A stretch of DNA of 64,000 nucleotides from Candidatus Omnitrophota bacterium (GTDB lineage: Bacteria; Omnitrophota; Gorgyraeia; Gygaellales; Profunditerraquicolaceae). The notes beneath the pieces were generated by a model that was not told where the DNA came from, searched no databases, and saw only the letters and a list, made by a program, of their open reading frames with translations. The stretch covers positions 387,244 to 451,243 of the forward strand of contig JBAZKC010000001.1 in the NCBI GenBank assembly GCA_041651035.1, in the 5' to 3' direction. Shown piece by piece: positions 25,743 to 34,687 of the stretch (its first letter is position 1; the number at the start of each line of letters is the position of its first letter). The translations under genes were made by a program, and so were the position numbers.

Positions 25743-27646
25743 TGTAAGCCGCTGGCCCCAAAGATTGGATCATTGCCCAACCAATGGGCCACGGAAGGGA
25801 CCCCTTTTAATCCTAAAGTTAATTCTAAGATAGTCCAAACATGCGAGATCCCTACATAGACGAGGATCAAAGTAAATATTATTTTTGCGGCTGTTCTTCT
25901 TTCCGAAAGCCATTTAAAAACTGCTATTATTAAAGCTGGGGTAATATAAACCAAATGATAGGTCTGCCGAAAGTCAATCCAGGTAAATGCGATCGCTCCA
26001 ATTATAAACCATAGCGAAAATATTGTTTCGTTCCTGTAAGAATTAAATATAAATCTTAAGTAATATACTACCGCGTATAAAGAAAGCAAAAATAAGGGCC
26101 AGCCAAGATAGCCGCCATAAGTTAGCCATAGTTTGCTAACAGATAAATATCCTGTATAGCCAAATTCATTTATATGCAAAACCCTATCAAGAAAATGGTA
26201 AAGGAAATGATCGATAATAAACATTCTTGCGTCTATCATTAATCCGTAGATCCAATAAGCCAATACGCCAAGGATAAATCCAATAAAAATATAATTACCG
26301 AACACACTTTTTAGTATGGGCCTCTTTTCATTATTTTTTACAGCTAATATAAAATCCCTCGCCAAGATAGCCATTATTAAAATAAGGGTTTTATGATCGC
26401 TTACGGCGCACAAAAAACCAGAAATAAATAACGGCAGCCTCATCTCCTTTTTTTTGCCGGCATTATTATTGTAACTATAGTATAAATACGCGGCAGCGAT
26501 GATCGCGAAACTGGTTATTGCTTCGTAATCTGTAATAGAAAGAGATAATAATATCTCTGGGATAGCCAGATAAAGCAGGCTTCCAAATATACTGAGAAAA
26601 TAAGAACCGGTGATTTGCAAAATAAAAATTAATAAAACAATAACTGTTAAAGCGGTAAAAAGGAACTGCGAACTTCTCGTACTAACCAGGTATGGAGATT
26701 GCCAAAACCGCGCGTAGCAATTCTCTGTTATGTTCCAGATTTCCGCTTCTCTAACCCATTTATAATCAATGCCATCTTTTTGTCCAGAGAGCCCTTCTGT
26801 ATAATCGGTTCTGGCCTTTGGGGGAATAAATCTTGCTTTGCCAAGCGTAACTTCTCCGGTAATCTCTGAATTAAGCCTGGCCTTATCACCCTCTAAGCCT
26901 ATAATACTGTATTCCTTGGTCCTGTTATCGGAGAATAAAAGAGTTATTTTTTCTCCTACAAAAGGTTTCCGTCTTTTTATACCGTTAACCTCAAGTGAAG
27001 CATCATAATAATATTTAACTCCTTCCAGATTATCGAAGAATAAAATTGTATTCGCGGCGCAGAAAGCAGGTAACAGGGGATGGGAAAAATTATAAGTGGT
27101 CTTTCTGTCAGTAAGCATGCCCGGGGTAAGGTAATGAACCAAGCTATAGGCAGTGCCTTGTAAGTCCAAATCGCTGTCCGCGTATGGTTGAGCGGCAACA
27201 TAAGTACTAAACATATAAGCGGCGGTATAGGTTAAACAAAAGAGGGGGATCAATATTTTATAGTTTTTGATCTGCGCCTGGTGAAAGCCGCTAAATAGTA
27301 ACCCGATATTAGTAATAACTGCTAAGAAAATAAACAACCCCCAAGAATTTACCGTTAGATTAAAAATTAGATGGCCCAATAACCCAACCAGGGATATAAC
27401 AATTGAAAAACATAAAATAATCAATATATAAGATACCGTGTCATAAAATTTTTGTTTTAAGATACCCGCCCACGCGACTCCGGGGAGAACGAACAAGATA
27501 AGATTGGATACTATTGATAAGAAATAATTATCTAGGCGGATAAAATAATGTAGATAGTATATAAAAAAGCACGCATTAAATAGAAAAATATATATATATT
27601 TCCTCATTCTTATAATCTTATCCCGAGCCTTTCTTTCAAACTCCAT
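25739..27646 (-). CDS. large polytopic membrane protein with central soluble insertion (possible GT-C)
   Basis: 635 aa, more than 12 predicted TM helices, about 130 aa hydrophilic insertion containing DSDLDLQGTAY. No family-specific motif recognised. Confidence 0.4.
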   Translation of the reverse strand: MEFERKARDKIIRMRKYIYIFLFNACFFIYYLHYFIRLDNYFLSIVSNLILFVLPGVAWAGILKQKFYDTVSYILIILCFSIVISLVGLLGHLIFNLTVNSWGLFIFLAVITNIGLLFSGFHQAQIKNYKILIPLFCLTYTAAYMFSTYVAAQPYADSDLDLQGTAYSLVHYLTPGMLTDRKTTYNFSHPLLPAFCAANTILFFDNLEGVKYYYDASLEVNGIKRRKPFVGEKITLLFSDNRTKEYSIIGLEGDKARLNSEITGEVTLGKARFIPPKARTDYTEGLSGQKDGIDYKWVREAEIWNITENCYARFWQSPYLVSTRSSQFLFTALTVIVLLIFILQITGSYFLSIFGSLLYLAIPEILLSLSITDYEAITSFAIIAAAYLYYSYNNNAGKKKEMRLPLFISGFLCAVSDHKTLILIMAILARDFILAVKNNEKRPILKSVFGNYIFIGFILGVLAYWIYGLMIDARMFIIDHFLYHFLDRVLHINEFGYTGYLSVSKLWLTYGGYLGWPLFLLSLYAVVYYLRFIFNSYRNETIFSLWFIIGAIAFTWIDFRQTYHLVYITPALIIAVFKWLSERRTAAKIIFTLILVYVGISHVWTILELTLGLKGVPSVAHWLGNDPIFGASGLQ

Positions 27647-28590
27647 AACGAATTCTTAATTATCGAATGTCCAAACGAGAGGCGCCATTTCCTGTGGCAA
27701 TTGCTGCAAAGAGTTAAATTGCCATACTCCCTGTTTACCAATTTGCTTCTTAAATTAACCATCCTTTGGCCATTCCATAAGCTAGAAAGGTCAGGATTAT
27801 CCTTAAGGTCTCCAATTATATAAGAACCGTTAAAATCATCGCAGCAACCTGTTACTAAACCGCTCGACAAGACTGTAATCTCAGCCCAAGGCACTAAGCA
27901 ATGAATATGGTTATCTTGGTTTTTATGCCATTTATCTCTGGAATCAATCCCCGGCCAGCCGTGTAAGGGAACCCCATTAATATCATCGCAACCCAGCTTT
28001 CTCATTTTCTTAACAAATCTTTTCTTCTCCCCCTTATCATAACCAAGGTCTATAAAATTTATACTTACATACGGCTTAGTTTTCTTAAGAGAACGCCTTA
28101 AGCCCACAAAATAGCCGATATTATCCAGGACACTATTATAAGACGCCCCCTGTTTTATTTCTTCATATTTTTCTTTAACAACGCCATCAAAAGAGATAAC
28201 TATTACATTAAGCCCGGACAGGATAAGCTTTTTTGAATTATCTTCATCGAGCAAAGTACCATTTGTGAAAATCCTTGTCCATATGCCGGCCCTCCCTGCG
28301 TAAGAAATCATTTCTGGCAATTGTGGATGTAAAAGCGGCTCGCCCACCAGATATAGTTCTAGCTGTCTTATAAATCCACTATTAGAATCAATGATTTTTT
28401 TATAAAGCTCAAGAGGCATATAGCTTCTTTCTCTAACCATGGTTTTATTGCAACACATAACACATCCAAGATTACAGGAATTAGTAGGTTCAATCATTAC
28501 CACCAAAGGACGGTAATGGCATAAGGTTTTCTTTCTAAAATAGCTAACTACGAATTTTATACTATCAATTATTCCCAGCCAAAAATTCAT
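27610..28590 (-). CDS. radical SAM protein with SPASM domain
   Basis: 326 aa. CNLGCVMCC (CxxxCxxC), VGEP motif, C-terminal CLVPW...GCCDDF...CSNCHRKW cysteine array. Confidence 0.7.
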   Translation of the reverse strand: MNFWLGIIDSIKFVVSYFRKKTLCHYRPLVVMIEPTNSCNLGCVMCCNKTMVRERSYMPLELYKKIIDSNSGFIRQLELYLVGEPLLHPQLPEMISYAGRAGIWTRIFTNGTLLDEDNSKKLILSGLNVIVISFDGVVKEKYEEIKQGASYNSVLDNIGYFVGLRRSLKKTKPYVSINFIDLGYDKGEKKRFVKKMRKLGCDDINGVPLHGWPGIDSRDKWHKNQDNHIHCLVPWAEITVLSSGLVTGCCDDFNGSYIIGDLKDNPDLSSLWNGQRMVNLRSKLVNREYGNLTLCSNCHRKWRLSFGHSIIKNSLWSLKERLGIRL

Positions 28591-30051
28591 TTATTTTCCC
28601 CGCAAGATTAATCTTGTTATTCCAAGTAATTCTAAAAATACAGTTGGATTGTATAAATAAAAAAACAGGTAATTAAAGATATGCTTTACTACAAAAATGG
28701 GCCTCAATAGAAAACTCGCATAAAAGATACTCTGTGCCTTTTCTAACTCCCCGTTGCTCATGGCACTTAGATTAATCAGGGGTTTATCATAATGATACAT
28801 TTTTGAAAATGGAATGCCCTTGAGCTGGTCCTTAAATAAGCTGTATGCCGAGGAACCGGGAAAAGGTATGAAGTAAGCAACCTGTATTACGTCCGGGGAA
28901 ATGATTTTTGCAAAATTAATACTTTCCAGGAGATCATCTTTTGTTTCGGTGGGGCTGCCGACTATAAAAAGACCGACCGTAGCTATGCCTACAGAACGCG
29001 TTCTGCCTATAACATGGCGGACTCTCTTTAACCAAAGACCGCTGTTTCTTGTTTTAGAGAGAATCTCCAGAACCCTCTTTGAGCCTGTCTCGATTCCAAA
29101 CCTAAGCAATAAACACCCTGCTTTCTTCATTAGCTTAAGAAGCGCGAAATCTACCTCATCAATCCTGGCATGAGCAATCCATTTTATTTTAAGCTGCCTT
29201 GACTCAATCTCATCACATATCGCCTTCACATGGTCTCTTGAGCTGGTGAAATTGTCGTCATCAAACGTGATTACATTTGCGCCAAAATCTGATAAATGCT
29301 CCATTTCATCCACCACGTTTGTCGCCGACCTCCCGCGGAACCTATTGCCGTAACTTTCCCTCATTATTTGGGAACAGAAAATACAATGATGCGGGCAGCC
29401 TCGGCTGCTTAACATATGCCCCCATACCACTTTTTTATTCAATTTTAAAGGATAGACAAAATTATACGCCTCTAAAGAACCGGGGGCGTATATAGGGAAC
29501 GGCAGGCTATCCGGATCAGATACTTCCATTAATTTTGTTTTGAAAATATCCTGATTATAAAAGTTTTTTAATTCCTTGATATCAATGCCGTCATTTATTT
29601 TTCTAATGATAGAGGCGATCTCTATTTCTGCCTCACCTCCTAATAGAATATCAAATAAGGGATTGAAATCCTTATACTTTTCGATATCGGCAGAAATTTC
29701 CTGCCCTACGCCAAATATAAGGATACTCTTACCAATCGTGCCTTCTCTTAATATCCTGCAGAATCTCAAACTCTGCTCCACATCCAATGTTGAAATGGAA
29801 ATTACTACTATATCCGGAGCCCAGGTTTTTATATTTTTAACAATATCCTCAAAAGACAGCCTGGTTATCCTTTGGTCTATCAGTTTGACATCACAGAAAT
29901 CTTCTTTTTTCAAGAATGCTTCAATATATTTGAGGATATAAGGGGGCCTGAAGCCGATAGGATGATAACTATATTCAAAAACAGGGGGTTTTAGACGCAA
30001 AAGCGCAACTTTGCCCATTTTTCTTTTATTTTCGGCTATATTCATTATCAT
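28591..30051 (-). CDS. B12-binding radical SAM protein (HpnJ-like position)
   Basis: 486 aa. N-terminal cobalamin-binding Rossmann region, radical SAM core SSRGCPHHCIFCSQ. Last gene of the GT2/YdjC/B12-rSAM trio. Confidence 0.7.
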   Translation of the reverse strand: MIMNIAENKRKMGKVALLRLKPPVFEYSYHPIGFRPPYILKYIEAFLKKEDFCDVKLIDQRITRLSFEDIVKNIKTWAPDIVVISISTLDVEQSLRFCRILREGTIGKSILIFGVGQEISADIEKYKDFNPLFDILLGGEAEIEIASIIRKINDGIDIKELKNFYNQDIFKTKLMEVSDPDSLPFPIYAPGSLEAYNFVYPLKLNKKVVWGHMLSSRGCPHHCIFCSQIMRESYGNRFRGRSATNVVDEMEHLSDFGANVITFDDDNFTSSRDHVKAICDEIESRQLKIKWIAHARIDEVDFALLKLMKKAGCLLLRFGIETGSKRVLEILSKTRNSGLWLKRVRHVIGRTRSVGIATVGLFIVGSPTETKDDLLESINFAKIISPDVIQVAYFIPFPGSSAYSLFKDQLKGIPFSKMYHYDKPLINLSAMSNGELEKAQSIFYASFLLRPIFVVKHIFNYLFFYLYNPTVFLELLGITRLILRGK

Positions 30052-30070
30052 CTTGTAAGAAATAAAATAT

Positions 30071-30919
30071 TCAAATAAGCGACCTGCGGTTACACAAACT
30101 TATCCCGCCTTCTTGAAGTAATCTTTTTGTTTCCCGGGAAGTAAACAGCCGCGTCTCGTTCTCCCAGTGATAATTCCAGTGTGGATATGCTAGATGGGCT
30201 TGACGGGTACCCGGATGAGAGATCAACTCAAAAGAATTAAAAGGCAGCCCCCTGATTCTTCTTATGATCCCCGAAAAGACTGCCGGATTCAAATTGCCGC
30301 TATTATATATCCCCAGGGCGGAATCAATACAGAAAAGACCATTCCTTTTTATTTTCTTTCTTGCCTTATAACTGAGCAAATTCAAAATCAAGACTTTCAA
30401 GCCTTTTTTATTAAGAATTCTTAGAGGCGCGCAATATTCGGAGGGAATGCGGATAAAATTTATTCTATATTTATTCGCCAATTTAATAATTAAATCGATG
30501 ATGCCGGGCAGCAAATGAATATGGCAATGGCTGTCAATATGGGAGATCTTTATGCCGGAGTGGATCATTTTGGATATCTGCGCTTCAAGCTCTTTGTTTA
30601 TTTCGTAAATTTTTATTTTACCGGTACAAAATAACCCCAAGAAAGAAAACCAATTCCGGGGGAAATAGCCGCCTTTGTCTACTAAGGTAGGTATTTCTTT
30701 CTTATTAAGCAGCGCTTTTTCTTCTGTAAGAACAAAATGAATTCCTGTTTCAAAACCGCTGTTTTTCTCCAGGAGTTTTACCGCTGCCTCAAACTCAGAA
30801 CCATTCGCTACTAAAGACACGCTATTGACTATTCCTGCGTTAATACAATTAATTATACCCTCGTTAATTCCTCTTGATAGCCCGAAATCATCCGCATTAA
30901 TGACTATCTTTTTTGCCAT
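30071..30919 (-). CDS. ChbG/YdjC/HpnK-family carbohydrate deacetylase
   Basis: 282 aa. Starts KIVINADDFGLSRGINEGI...G.VNSVSLVANG with metal-binding His cluster (ISHIDSHCHIH), diagnostic of the YdjC family. Confidence 0.7.
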   Translation of the reverse strand: MAKKIVINADDFGLSRGINEGIINCINAGIVNSVSLVANGSEFEAAVKLLEKNSGFETGIHFVLTEEKALLNKKEIPTLVDKGGYFPRNWFSFLGLFCTGKIKIYEINKELEAQISKMIHSGIKISHIDSHCHIHLLPGIIDLIIKLANKYRINFIRIPSEYCAPLRILNKKGLKVLILNLLSYKARKKIKRNGLFCIDSALGIYNSGNLNPAVFSGIIRRIRGLPFNSFELISHPGTRQAHLAYPHWNYHWENETRLFTSRETKRLLQEGGISLCNRRSLI

Positions 30920-31640
30920 TAGTATTCTTTCTTAACTCGGGATAAGATTTGACCATCTCTAGGATCATCCTGAAAATAGTCCCCACTATTCTTTCAGGGG
31001 AAGCAAACTTAGAACAACCGCATCTTCGTGACATGCTTTTAACTTTAAGCTCTAAGATCCTAAAACCGTTATTTCTCATCTTAAGCACTAACTCCGTGTC
31101 AATAAAGGGGCCGTCGGCATTAAGTTTAATATCATTAATAATACTGCGCCTGAATATTTTCATTGCACAATTAATATCATGCAACTTTATCTTAAACAGC
31201 GATCTTATCATTAAATTAAATATGCCGGTATAAAACCGCCTTAAAAATGATTCTCGCCTTCCCATCCTGTTGCCGATTACCATATCGGCTTCGTTTCTAT
31301 CAATAATAGCCTTGCCTGGCATCAAGACATTGATATCTACTGGCAAATCCGCGTCTGTATAAAAAATTATATCTTTTTTTGCGGAGGCAAAGCCTGTCTT
31401 TAAAGCCCTGCCTATACCTATATTTTTCTTTAGATGTATCGCTCTTAGAAACGGATAAGTTTTAGTTAATTCGTCCAGTAACAAAGACGACCCGTCATTA
31501 CTGCCATCATCAACAACAATAAGTTCGGAATCTAGATTTACTGATTTCGAAAAATCATATACTATTTTTACAAGGTCCCCCGCCAGCTCTTTTTCGTTAA
31601 ACAGAGGGACAACTATAGAAACTGAAGATTGATTAGCCAT
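30897..31640 (-). CDS. family 2 glycosyltransferase (soluble, DPM1/HpnI-like)
   Basis: 247 aa GT-A fold (VSIVVPLFNEKELA...LIVVDDGSNDGS...YTDADLP). Its 3' end overlaps the YdjC gene. Confidence 0.65.
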   Translation of the reverse strand: MANQSSVSIVVPLFNEKELAGDLVKIVYDFSKSVNLDSELIVVDDGSNDGSSLLLDELTKTYPFLRAIHLKKNIGIGRALKTGFASAKKDIIFYTDADLPVDINVLMPGKAIIDRNEADMVIGNRMGRRESFLRRFYTGIFNLMIRSLFKIKLHDINCAMKIFRRSIINDIKLNADGPFIDTELVLKMRNNGFRILELKVKSMSRRCGCSKFASPERIVGTIFRMILEMVKSYPELRKNTNGKKDSH

Positions 31641-32916
31641 GTTTTAAAGACAAAACCTGTTTAATGGATTTTGATATATGCTCGATATCTCTTGCATCAA
31701 GATAATGGTTATTGGGTAATTCTATAAGGTTGTCTTTTATCGCAATGGAATTTGGGTAATCCGAATTAAATTCGGCAAAAGCGCTAAGGCCTGAACAATC
31801 AGACATCTCACTCCTTTTTGAAGTATCAATCCCCTTTCTCAATAACTGTTTCCTAAAAGAACATTTATCTTCAACCCTGACCTTGTAATATAAATAATTG
31901 GATTTATGTCTCTTGGAAGGTAATTTAATCCCGTTAAGACCACTGAGGTTATTAGTTAAAAGAAGCGAATTCTCATATCTTTTACTATCAAGAAAATCAT
32001 TTTTCTTAAAATGTTCCATCCCGACTGCTGCCTGTATATTCAACAGCTTCAAAGGCAGGGTATCAAAATTTGTGATATTCTCCGGAGGCAAAACTTCTTT
32101 TTTCTTAAGATCCATTATGTCTATGCCAAAAATATCCAGAAGCCTGATTAAGGGGAAAACAAAAAAAGTGAATAAAAAAGTGGCGGTTATTAAATACCCG
32201 GCGCTAAATTCAAAGATATTTTTAAACACGCTCTTTAATTGAGGGGCGCCACTCTCATCAATATATTCTTTGAGTGTCTCGTATATTTTCCTATCATTTG
32301 TGGTTATCATGCCTCCGCCAAAACAGGGCATATTCTTACCTAAGCTAAAACTAAAAATGCCCGCATCTCCCATTGTCCCGGTTTTTTTTCCTTTATATTC
32401 TGAGCCTAAAGAATGGGCACAGTCTTCAATCACCTTTATATTGTTTTCTTTGCCCAGAATCAGGATTTCATCCATTTCTGCCGGCTGGCCGAACATATGC
32501 GTAACTATGATGGCTTTTGTTTTCTGGTTAATTTTATTCTTTATCAATACAGGATCAATATTATAAGTATCCGGGTCTATGTCTGCGAAAACCGGGGTCA
32601 AGCCGGATTTTATAATAACTTCCGCTATAATATGAAAATTATACGCGGGGAGTATAACCTCATCTCCTTTTTCAAGCCCCAAGGATTTAAGCACCGCGAT
32701 TAGCCCTAATCTTGCCTGCGATATGCCTATGGCAAAACTGCTTCCAGTATATTTGGAGAATTCTTCCTCAAATCTTTTTATCTGAGGCCCGTTGATAATC
32801 TGTTTTGCCAATACGCAATCAAGCAAGGCCTTAAATGATTCTCCTCTTAAGTTAACTATATGCCTTGGGTATGCTCTCATCATGCCTGTTAATAGGTCAA
32901 ACGAATAAATATACAA
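31633..32916 (-). CDS. DegT/DnrJ/EryC1/StrS-family PLP-dependent sugar aminotransferase (second copy, with ~120 aa insertion)
   Basis: 427 aa. Blocks DEVILPAYNF, VTHMFGQPAEM, KVIEDCAHSLGSEYKGKKTGTMGDAGIFSFSLGKN. Contains an extra hydrophobic segment (LITATFLFTFFVFPLIRLL) absent from the first copy. Confidence 0.75.
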   Translation of the reverse strand: MYIYSFDLLTGMMRAYPRHIVNLRGESFKALLDCVLAKQIINGPQIKRFEEEFSKYTGSSFAIGISQARLGLIAVLKSLGLEKGDEVILPAYNFHIIAEVIIKSGLTPVFADIDPDTYNIDPVLIKNKINQKTKAIIVTHMFGQPAEMDEILILGKENNIKVIEDCAHSLGSEYKGKKTGTMGDAGIFSFSLGKNMPCFGGGMITTNDRKIYETLKEYIDESGAPQLKSVFKNIFEFSAGYLITATFLFTFFVFPLIRLLDIFGIDIMDLKKKEVLPPENITNFDTLPLKLLNIQAAVGMEHFKKNDFLDSKRYENSLLLTNNLSGLNGIKLPSKRHKSNYLYYKVRVEDKCSFRKQLLRKGIDTSKRSEMSDCSGLSAFAEFNSDYPNSIAIKDNLIELPNNHYLDARDIEHISKSIKQVLSLKHG

Positions 32917-34657
32917 TTAAAATAAAAACTGAAGCCGCGCTTAATAAACTTCCAATTATAAATGCCGAAGGCAGATAATAAAAGACAATTCTGTATCTTC
33001 CGGCGGGCAGCTCAGCCGAAATCAAACCATCGTAAGGCTGTACTTCGCTTTTAACTCCTTTTATTTTCCATCCTTTGTAAAAATTTTGGTTTATTACTAC
33101 CCTATCCGGCATTAGGATATTAACGTTGATTTCTATGGAATTTGGGCTAAAGCGCGACATAGCTACCTGCCCGTTATTATTTAATAGATACGCCTCGCCC
33201 TTATAATCCTGGTCGTTGTAAATCCTGACTTTACCTTTTTTTATCCCTACTACCTCGTAAGAGTTAATTACCCCGCTGTTATTAAGAAACGCCGCATACA
33301 TAGAACTCCTGCTCTCCCCGGGAAACAAATTAAAATCCCTGTATCTTTGTTTAAATTCCAGGTTTCTTTTAATTTCAGGCGGTCTTATGGTAAACGTTTG
33401 TTTCCATAAAGGGTAATTCACCAGAAAGAAATCATAAAACAATGCCCCTATCAAGATGATAATCAAATACCTGAGCTTTTTTTTCTCGCATATATCTTCA
33501 AGTTTTGATAATCCAAGCCCGGAAAAAATAGCTGCACAAAATACGAAACCTAAAATAAATCTGGAGGGGGCGTGAAAAGAATCATAAAGCGGCAGCTTAG
33601 TTAATAAGCCCCAGAGATTATAATAAGCGCTTTTGCCCAGGCTTATCCACAGCGACAAAATGCCCATTAGCCATAAAGGCCAATATTGCTTAAAATAAAA
33701 AATTAAACCGGCTATGCCCAAAATCAAAGGTACGATTCCTATATATGCCCCATACTCATGCCAGCCCACAGGGAATTCTTTATCTGCGATTATTACACTG
33801 CGCTCGGGATAGGCCAATTTTGTTTTTTGATAAAGTTGGGCTTGGCCTCTTGAAAGAAAGATATCGGGTAGAAAAGAGATTGGTATAAATTCTCCGGAAG
33901 CAAAAGCCTTACGGGGATTATCTTTTATAAATTCCAGCGCGGGAATCAGTTTAATAGAACACAGCAAGAATGTTCCTACAAATATAACTGCCATCGTCTT
34001 CAAAGGAGCCAGGCTTCTTTGCCGCAAAGATAGAAGAAAACAATAGCTAAGAAACAGTATAATCGCTATGCTAAAAATATGAACGCCGCTGCCAAATAAC
34101 ATTAAAGAAAGGGAAAATATACAGCCTATAACATATTTGAATCTTTTAAAGCTAAGAAAATAAAATAAAAATAGCCATGGTATAAAAGCCATGGCTAACC
34201 ATTCACCATGCCCTTCAGCGAAATGTAATGTGAAAACAGAACTTAACATATACACTAAAGGGGGCAAATAAGCAGAATACCGGCAGGGCAATATGTGCCG
34301 GAAAAGCAAGAAAATACCGAACATCCCGATAAACAAATGAAGAATAAATTCTAGCTTTAAACCGATTACCGGGCCGAAAATAAATACCAAAATATAAAAT
34401 GGCGAAAGGAATAAAGAGTGCGGATGGGCAAGTGAAATGTTGCCTCCGTTGCTATAATTGTTCCATAAAGGAAACTGATGATACTTTAATATCGACTCTC
34501 GGGGTGTGGCATTCCAAAAAGTAAACTGATCCCAATCCATCTGGCCCCAATAATGGATATTCTGCAATATCACTAATCCAACCAATAGGCTAATTATAAA
34601 AAAGACCACGAATGGTATAAAAAATAATTCATAAGAATATTTGCGCTTGATAGACAT
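32897..34657 (-). CDS. large polytopic membrane protein, YfhO-like putative GT-C (paralog of 19667..21454)
   Basis: 586 aa. Shares with 19667..21454 the N-terminal YHQFPLWNNYSNGGN block and the C-terminal NQNFYKGWKI...DGLISAEL block. Confidence 0.45.
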   Translation of the reverse strand: MSIKRKYSYELFFIPFVVFFIISLLVGLVILQNIHYWGQMDWDQFTFWNATPRESILKYHQFPLWNNYSNGGNISLAHPHSLFLSPFYILVFIFGPVIGLKLEFILHLFIGMFGIFLLFRHILPCRYSAYLPPLVYMLSSVFTLHFAEGHGEWLAMAFIPWLFLFYFLSFKRFKYVIGCIFSLSLMLFGSGVHIFSIAIILFLSYCFLLSLRQRSLAPLKTMAVIFVGTFLLCSIKLIPALEFIKDNPRKAFASGEFIPISFLPDIFLSRGQAQLYQKTKLAYPERSVIIADKEFPVGWHEYGAYIGIVPLILGIAGLIFYFKQYWPLWLMGILSLWISLGKSAYYNLWGLLTKLPLYDSFHAPSRFILGFVFCAAIFSGLGLSKLEDICEKKKLRYLIIILIGALFYDFFLVNYPLWKQTFTIRPPEIKRNLEFKQRYRDFNLFPGESRSSMYAAFLNNSGVINSYEVVGIKKGKVRIYNDQDYKGEAYLLNNNGQVAMSRFSPNSIEINVNILMPDRVVINQNFYKGWKIKGVKSEVQPYDGLISAELPAGRYRIVFYYLPSAFIIGSLLSAASVFILIVYLFV

Positions 34658-34687
34658 TATTTTAATAATCCTTAAATGCGTCTTATC

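Noticed and set aside
28591-31640. Bona fide hopanoid side-chain (hpnIJK) cluster
   Set aside because: No squalene-hopene cyclase, hpnG/H or other hopanoid genes in 64 kb. The trio is embedded in a Wzm/Wzt glycan locus, so only the enzymatic logic, not hopanoid biosynthesis itself, is proposed.
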